From Pseudomonadota bacterium (lineage in GTDB: Bacteria > Bdellovibrionota > FAC87 > UBA2466), in NCBI GenBank assembly GCA_043767805.1, contig JAYUGC010000072.1, forward strand, positions 1-13,996: a DNA stretch of 13,996 nt, written 5' to 3'. Each line of letters begins with the position of its first letter. The first letter of the stretch is position 1. Under the pieces are notes generated by a model. That model saw nothing but the letters and a program-made list of their open reading frames with translations. It was not told the origin of the DNA and searched no databases. This document shows positions 6,820 to 13,996 of the stretch, in pieces. Made by a program: the position numbers and the translations under genes.

Positions 6820-7125
6820 ATGCTCGATTATTGGATGTACCGCAAAGTTCTGAAGCAGTACTGCCAGGAGGCGAAGGTGGCGGTCATCGCGACCCACGGT
6901 CTACGCCACTCGACGAGTGAGCTGTACCAGACCTACGGCGCAAGCCGCGACGATCTGCGGCAGCTTTTCGCTCACTCATCCGTGAGTACGACTGAGAGAT
7001 ACATCCATCGAAAGAGTGACAGTTTGGGAAAAGTGGCGAAGGTGATCCAGTTGTTTCCCACGGGATGTTCCCAAAATGTTCCCATTTCAAACGCGGATTC
7101 GAAAGGAGGCACTATAACTAGCTAA
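6820..7125 (+). pseudogene. C-terminal fragment of a tyrosine recombinase/integrase
   Basis: THGLRHS (HxxR), FAHSS and TTERY (catalytic Tyr) are present. An in-frame TGA lies at 6778-6780, and the N-terminal two-thirds are absent. Confidence 0.85.
7062..7087 (+). repeat. 26-bp direct repeat, copy 2; probable arm-type sites
   Basis: Identical to 47-72 and 45 bp from the tRNA 3' end. A degenerate third unit (TGTTTCCCA) lies at 7052-7060. Confidence 0.8.
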
Positions 7126-7132
7126 AATTAAT

Positions 7133-7206
7133 TGGGCCCAGTTGGATTCGAACCAACGACCCCCAGATTAGAAATCTGGTGCTCTATCCGACTAAGCTAT
7201 GGGCCC
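7133..7206 (-). tRNA. tRNA-Arg (anticodon TCT); CCA not encoded
   Basis: GGGCCCA acceptor stem, D-arm TAGCTTAGTCGGATAGAGC, anticodon arm CCAGA-TTTCTAA-TCTGG and T-arm GTTGG-TTCGAAT-CCAAC. Confidence 0.96.
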
Positions 7207-7374
7207 TCAAAAAGAAGGACCCACAGAATAGCGGGCTGCCCCAGAGAATCAAGGTTCACCTCACGTCGATTATTTTCAGGCGGAACACTTGCTGCGGGGG
7301 CAGCTCTCATGCCCCGGATTCTACCGCGACCGAACCCCTTTCAACCGCCGCCCCGCCCCGGTTAAGATAACTCC

Positions 7375-7584
7375 GTGGACGAATACGTGTACCAGGCCGG
7401 CGACACCGTAGAGCTACTTTGGGAAATCGTCGTGGAGACCTCTGAAGGGAACGTCTACACGTACCCCACCGGCACCCGCCTCATCTACCTTCAGGCAGGG
7501 GCCATCGCCGGCACGGCCGACTTGGACGATGGAAGCGGAAACGTCTTTCCTTGCGTCTCCGGCGCTACCTTCGTCAAGGTGTGA
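7375..7584 (+). CDS. small acidic hypothetical protein, probably beta-rich
   Basis: 69 codons with strong GC3 bias, GTG start and a downstream hairpin. No family recognised. Confidence 0.6.
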   Translation: MDEYVYQAGDTVELLWEIVVETSEGNVYTYPTGTRLIYLQAGAIAGTADLDDGSGNVFPCVSGATFVKV

Positions 7585-7596
7585 AGCCTCCGATAT

Positions 7597-7620
7597 CCCG
7601 GTCTTTTCCTGGAGACCGGG
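7597..7620. terminator. stem-loop after the 7375-7584 ORF
   Basis: CCCGGTCT...AGACCGGG 8-bp stem, with no U-tract. Confidence 0.35.
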
Positions 7621-7665
7621 GGGTCCGAAGTTGTGTTCAACTATCGATTCCGGTAAGAAGCGTCG

Positions 7666-8382
7666 GTGAGTTTAGTTCTGGCGGCCATTTTAGTGTCTCT
7701 GGTCATCGGCGTGTGCTGCGCGTTGCCCTGGATTTTCCCGGTCATCCGCCTTTATTCCCGGCCGCTTCTGCTCATCGGCACGTCCGTGCTCTTGGGCTTT
7801 CTCGCTTTCGACATCATCCCCGAAATGGTCGAAATGGGCGGTTACTGGAGCCTAGTCCTGGTCCTCATTTCGTCGGGCCTTTTCACCTGGCTCCACGCCC
7901 TCGCGGACAAGAGCCAAAGCATGAGCCACAAGCACGACGACGAAGAGGGCCCCTCTCACGGCGTCGCTTTCCTCATCGGGTCCATGGCGCTCCATTGTTT
8001 CGCGGGCGGTATGCTTCTCGTCAGCTCCTACGAGATCTCGACCCAGCTCGCTTTCGACGTTTTCTTAAGTCTCGTCGCCCACAAGGCCTTCGAGGCGGTC
8101 TCGGTCTCGTCCGTCCTCATCCAGAGAATTCCGTCCCTGAAGCGGGCGCTCAAAGCGTCCGCGGTCTACGTCCTGTCCTTTCCGGTCGGAGTCATCCTGA
8201 CCGAGCTGGCCCGCCGACTCTTCCTTGGCAGCCTGTCCCCGGACGGGGTAAAAGACGTCGCTATCGTGCTTACCGCGGTCGCCGTGGGCAGCCTTTTCGG
8301 CTGCTTGATCCAAGACTTTCTCCTGCCCGCCATGCGCGAGTTTCGCCGCCCGTCTTGCAAGGATCACAGTCATTCTCACTGA
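7666..8382 (+). CDS. ZIP-family (ZupT-like) divalent metal transporter
   Basis: Multiple TM helices, AFDIIPE, a His-rich loop SHKHDDEEGPSH, ALHCFAGG and VAHKAFEA metal-site helices, and a His-rich C-terminus. Confidence 0.85.
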   Translation: MSLVLAAILVSLVIGVCCALPWIFPVIRLYSRPLLLIGTSVLLGFLAFDIIPEMVEMGGYWSLVLVLISSGLFTWLHALADKSQSMSHKHDDEEGPSHGVAFLIGSMALHCFAGGMLLVSSYEISTQLAFDVFLSLVAHKAFEAVSVSSVLIQRIPSLKRALKASAVYVLSFPVGVILTELARRLFLGSLSPDGVKDVAIVLTAVAVGSLFGCLIQDFLLPAMREFRRPSCKDHSHSH

Positions 8383-8385
8383 CTC

Positions 8386-8414
8386 TTGACCGCTCGCCCC
8401 GCCTTCTCTAAGGT
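8386..8414 (+). promoter_or_regulatory. sigma70-type promoter for the ABC operon
   Basis: TTGACC-N17-TAAGGT, ending 23 bp before ATG8438. Confidence 0.6.
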
Positions 8415-8437
8415 TCCGGCGGAAGGGGTGGGTCGAT

Positions 8438-9435
8438 ATGGTCCCAAATTTCTTGAAATTAGCCGTGGTTGGTCTCTTGGTTTCCGTGGGCCTCCAGGCC
8501 GCGGATCTCAAAGTCGGTTTGGTTCTCGATAAGGGCGGCCGGGACGATAAGTCCTTCAACGCCGCCGCCTTCCGGGGCGCGACCGACGCTCAGAAAAAGC
8601 TCGGCATCCAGCTCAAAGTGGTCGAGTCGGGAGACGACACCGCCATCGAGCCGAACCTCCGCACCTTCGCTCAAAAGGGGTACGACCTCGTCATCGGCAT
8701 CGGCTTCGTCCAAGGGACGGCGCTTGCGAAAGTCGCCAAAGAATTTCCGAAGACCCATTTCCTTCTCGTGGACAATCTCCTCGAGCTTCCCAATGTCCGC
8801 TCGGTCATCTTCAAGGAGCACGAAGGCTCTTATCTCGTGGGCGCCATCGCGGCCCTCACCAGCAAGACCAACACCATCGGTTTCGTGGGCGGCATGGACA
8901 TCCCGCTCGTCCGCCGTTTTGAAATGGGTTACGCCGCCGGCGCCAAAGCCGTGAATCCCAAAGTCACCGTGCTGACCAACTACATCGGCAGCGGCTCGGA
9001 TGCCTGGAAGAACCCCATGAAGGGCAAAGAGCTCGCGCTCTCTCAGTACAACAAGAAAGCCGACGTGGTCTTTCACGTGGCGGGCGCTTCGGGGCTCGGC
9101 ATTTTCGATGCCGCCGAAGAGACCAAGAAATTCGCCATCGGCGTCGACTCGAACCAGAACTGGATTAAGCCCGGCCGCGTGCTTACCAGCATGATCAAGG
9201 GTGTCGACGTCGCGGTCTATAAGACCATCGAAGAGCTTAAAGCCGGTAAGTTCGCGCCCGGCAAGTTCAGCATGGGATTTGCGGAAAACGCCATCGACTT
9301 CGCGCTCGACGAGCATAACCGCGCCATTCTCACTCCCGAAGTGGAGAAGCGCGCGAACGCGCTCAAAGCCGACATCATCTCGGGCAAGATCAAAGTGCCC
9401 GATCTGTACGAGCTGAATAAGAACAAGAAGTCCTA

Positions 9436-9436
<1 letters not shown>
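8438..9436 (+). CDS. BMP-family (PnrA/NupN-like) ABC substrate-binding protein, probably for nucleosides
   Basis: GGRDDKSFN, EGSYLVG, IGFVGGMDIP, AIGVDSNQ and VLTSMIK motifs. Sec signal peptide without a lipobox Cys. Confidence 0.93.
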
Positions 9437-10940
<1,504 letters not shown>

Positions 10941-10944
<4 letters not shown>

Positions 10945-12026
10945 AGGCGCTAAAGAAACTCGCCCTCGCGTTGCGAGCCCCCGCTCTGGGACTTGCGATT
11001 TCCCTGCTTTTGACGAGCGTTCTGCTTCTTGTGCTCGGCGAGAGTCCCATGGTGCTCGCTAAAGCCCTAGGGACGACGCTCTTCACCGATTTCGGCCTCG
11101 GCTATACGCTGTACTACGCGACGCCGCTCATCTTCACCGGCCTTTCGGTCGCGGTAGCGTTTCATTGCGGTCTGTTCAATATTGGCGCCGAGGGCCAGCT
11201 CTATCTGGGCACTATCGCGGTCGTGGCGCTCGCTTCCGTTTTTCCCAATTTGCCCTGGCCCATCGCCTTTCCTATGGGCATCGCTATTTCCGCTCTAGTC
11301 GGGGGCGTTTGGGGTGGCGCCGTCGGAGTTTTGAAAGCCAAGCGCGGAAGCCATGAGGTCATCGTCACCATCCTGATGAACTTCATCGCCATCTTCCTCG
11401 TCGACTACGCGATTTTGTACCTCTTCAAAGATCCCGACATTCAGGGACCCGAGACCATTACCGTGAACGCGGGTTATCATCTGCCGCTTTTAAACGACAT
11501 GGCTCATTGGGTGGGGCTCGACCTCTTTCACTCCACGCCCGTGAACTTCGCCTTGCTCATCGCCATCGCGTGCGCGGGGCTTTGCTATCTCTTTCTCTTT
11601 TTTACGACGTACGGGTACGAGCTTCGGTCCGTGGGCCAAAGCCCCACCGCCGCGCGGTTCGCCGGCATCTCGGTCTCCAAAAACACCATCGTCGCTTTCT
11701 TCCTGAGCGGCGGCTTGGCCGGATTGGTCGGCGTCAACGAAGTCATGGGCTACCAGCACAAGGTGGTGGAAGGGTTCTCGCCCGGCTACGGCTTCACGGG
11801 CATCGCGGTCGCGCTACTCGCGCGCAATCATCCTTTGGGTCTCATTTTCTCGGCGCTCCTCTTCGGGGCGCTCCAAAACTCGGCGCGCGAGCTCGAGTTC
11901 GAGAGCGAAAAAGTCACCAAAGAGCTGTCTCTTGTTCTCCAAGGCATGCTCATCGCGTTCGTCGCGAGCCATTATCTTTTGGAAAAATGGCTGAAACGTA
12001 AACCGAAGGAGTCGAAAGGTGCTTGA
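10941..12026 (+). CDS. ABC permease (BPD_transp_2, nucleoside type)
   Basis: GLFNIGAEGQ, HEVIVTILMNFIA and GYGFTGIAVALLA. GTGA overlap with the ATPase gene. Confidence 0.93.
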
Positions 12027-12930
12027 GCTCTTAGCTTCTTCCCTTCGGCTTTCCACGCCGCTGATTTTCGCCGCCATGGGGGGCGTCATCTGCGAGCGCT
12101 CAGGTGTCGCGACCATTTGTCTCGAGGCCGCGATGATCATGGGCGCCTGGGTGGCGGCGGTAGTCAATTTCGGGACGAACGATCCTTGGCTCGCGCTTTC
12201 TCTCGGCATCTTGGGCGGCGCGGCCACGATGGCGCTCCATGCGTTTCTCTCGGTGACCGCGCGCGCGGATCAAATCGTAAGCGGCGTCGCCGTCAATTTA
12301 CTCGCGGCGGGCGTGACCCCGCTCTTTAATAAGAGTCTCTACGGCAGTCCCACGAACACGCCGGCCATTCCCCTCGAGTTTCGTTTTCACGACGTGCCGA
12401 TTCCGCTCCTCTCCAAGATCCCGTTTCTGGGAGAGCTTCTCTTCGATCAAAAGGCGCTTCTCTATATCGCGCTCGTTTTGCCGTTTCTCGTGCATTGGTT
12501 TCTTTTCCGAACCGGTCTGGGACTTCGCGTGCTGGCGAGCGGGGACGCTCCCGAGGCTCTCAGAACGGCGGGCGTCTCGCCGTCCAAAGTGCGTTACGCC
12601 TCGCTCATTGCGGGAGGCGCAATAGCGAGCTTGGGCGGGGTGTATCTCTCCATCGGCCATGCGAGCCAGTTCACTCGCGACATGACGGCGGGCCGTGGCT
12701 TCATCGCGCTCGCGGCGGTGATTTTCGGAAAGTGGCGCCCGTTGCCCGCTTTCCTTGCCTGTCTTTTTTTCGGCTTCACGGACGCACTTCAAATTCAGCT
12801 TCAAAGTCTCACCGTCTTTGGCTGGCAGTTCCCGGTTCAGTTCATTCAGCTAATGCCTTACGCGGTCACGCTTTTGGTGCTTGTCGGCTTCATCGGCCGC
12901 GCCCGTCCGCCGCTATCCATTGGTAAATAA
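12019..12930 (+). CDS. ABC permease (BPD_transp_2, nucleoside type), second subunit
   Basis: ERSGV, ADQIVSGVAVN, MTAGRGFIALAAVIFGKWRP and MPYAVTL. Confidence 0.93.
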   Translation: MLELLASSLRLSTPLIFAAMGGVICERSGVATICLEAAMIMGAWVAAVVNFGTNDPWLALSLGILGGAATMALHAFLSVTARADQIVSGVAVNLLAAGVTPLFNKSLYGSPTNTPAIPLEFRFHDVPIPLLSKIPFLGELLFDQKALLYIALVLPFLVHWFLFRTGLGLRVLASGDAPEALRTAGVSPSKVRYASLIAGGAIASLGGVYLSIGHASQFTRDMTAGRGFIALAAVIFGKWRPLPAFLACLFFGFTDALQIQLQSLTVFGWQFPVQFIQLMPYAVTLLVLVGFIGRARPPLSIGK

Positions 12931-13367
12931 TGTGGGGTGCCCTGACACCTGCTCCATTCGAGAGCGGTGACATCATCTCGCCGTAAGCCCACGTATTCCG
13001 CGGGTGCAAACAGCGGCGAGTCGCCCTCGAAGGCCGTGACTTCTCCGGCAAACAACGAGGAGTCTCATTCGATGGCCGCTTCCGTGCCTTCGACTCCGGC
13101 GAGTTCCGAAGGACGCACGTGAGAAGTCTCCAGCGCAGGCACCACCTCGGGCCAAATGGCGAGCGTAAGTCTCGAAGCTCAGCCGCTCGTCCTCGATTTC
13201 AATAAGCTCATGGCCGACATTGCTAATGCGCCCGTTCAAACGGTAAGCGCAAGCTCTGGAGAAAGTCAGGCCATCGAGAGTAGCTCGGCTCATGCGAGCT
13301 CCGGCGAAGAATCCGGCAAAAGCGCGTCCGCCGTAGTGCCTCCGAGCGCGGTAACTGGCGCTAGGCC

Positions 13368-13996
13368 TTAGGTACCGGTGGGAAAATAGTATTTCCGCGC
13401 TAGCGCAAGGGCTCTGGGCAATCTTCCTTTGATGAACATACGCACGGTTTCGACCACAATCCAGCCGCAATAGATGGCGAGGACCGGCTCGTGTAGCGAC
13501 GGCACCACGAACTGGGCGCCCCACAAGATGAAGATCGCGAGCGCCTCCCAGAAGCCAAAGCTCATATCGAGAAGCAGCATCCCTCCCAAGGCCGACTGGG
13601 CGATGGTGAGCGAAAGCTCGAGCGTGTGCATGCGGTCGAAGGTGATGGCCTCGAGCCTTCCGAGGGAAAGGTTGAACACCAGCGGGATCATGGCGGCGAG
13701 CATCGTCCATTGGTTGATGTTGCTGGACACCATGTTCATGAGCGCCATGGGCGCCTTCTTTGGCTGGCGGGCCCAGTTGAACGCGGTGACCTTCTCCGGG
13801 AACTCGGAGAGAAACGGCGCGAGCCACTGGACGAAAACGAAAGTGCTGATGCCGGCCGCGACCGACCAGCGTTGCAGCGTCTCGACGAAAGGATGCGCAC
13901 TCAAGTAAAGCGCGACGCCGCCCACGGCGAAAAGAGCGGTGACCGCGATTATGCGAGGCAAAGGGCTTAACTTCACGACGTGGCGGGCGACCCACG
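13368..13996 (-). CDS. Na+/Ca2+ (CaCA-family) exchanger, C-terminal part; starts beyond the window
   Basis: Alpha-repeat-like VQWLAPFLSEFPE and MVSSNINQWT motifs with hydrophobic helices. The frame is open to the window edge. Confidence 0.85.
   Translation of the reverse strand, partial: WVARHVVKLSPLPRIIAVTALFAVGGVALYLSAHPFVETLQRWSVAAGISTFVFVQWLAPFLSEFPEKVTAFNWARQPKKAPMALMNMVSSNINQWTMLAAMIPLVFNLSLGRLEAITFDRMHTLELSLTIAQSALGGMLLLDMSFGFWEALAIFILWGAQFVVPSLHEPVLAIYCGWIVVETVRMFIKGRLPRALALARKYYFPTGT

Larger units (their letters stand above)
1..7132. mobile_element. tRNA-Arg-associated genomic island remnant; left boundary probably at or beyond the window start
   Basis: An integrase fragment ends 7 bp from the tRNA 3' end. 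A 26-bp repeat is shared by 47-72 and 7062-7087. The region has a transposase, TA-like genes and several pseudogenes, and looks less GC3-biased than 7666-13996. Confidence 0.75.

Noticed and set aside
7132..7370. ORFs 7132-7365 and 7179-7370
   Set aside because: They are antisense translations of the tRNA and its promoter region.

Overview
The window has two parts. Positions 1-~7130 are a decaying accessory island next to the 3' end of a tRNA-Arg(UCU) gene (7133-7206, minus strand). It holds a 5'-truncated tyrosine integrase, a toxin-antitoxin-like operon with a frameshifted toxin and two HTH proteins, and an IS91/ISCR-type HUH rolling-circle transposase pseudogene. Its cargo includes an intact secreted protein of ten 4-Cys repeats fused to a DsbA-like domain. 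Positions ~7370-13996 look like ordinary chromosome: a small hypothetical gene, a ZIP metal transporter, a four-gene BMP/nucleoside-type ABC transporter and the 3' part of a Na+/Ca2+ exchanger. The most unusual signal is non-coding: five clear and two weaker oriIS-like termini (...CCTATCCAC/CCTATCCCT) lie between 92 and 3945 in alternating orientation, with only one transposase. They include a 135-bp back-to-back ori doublet (92-226) made of near-exact copies of ends found 3.1 and 3.7 kb away. Convergent pairs enclose gene fragments, one of which is missing from the ORF track. All family assignments come from motif recognition only; no database searches were run.
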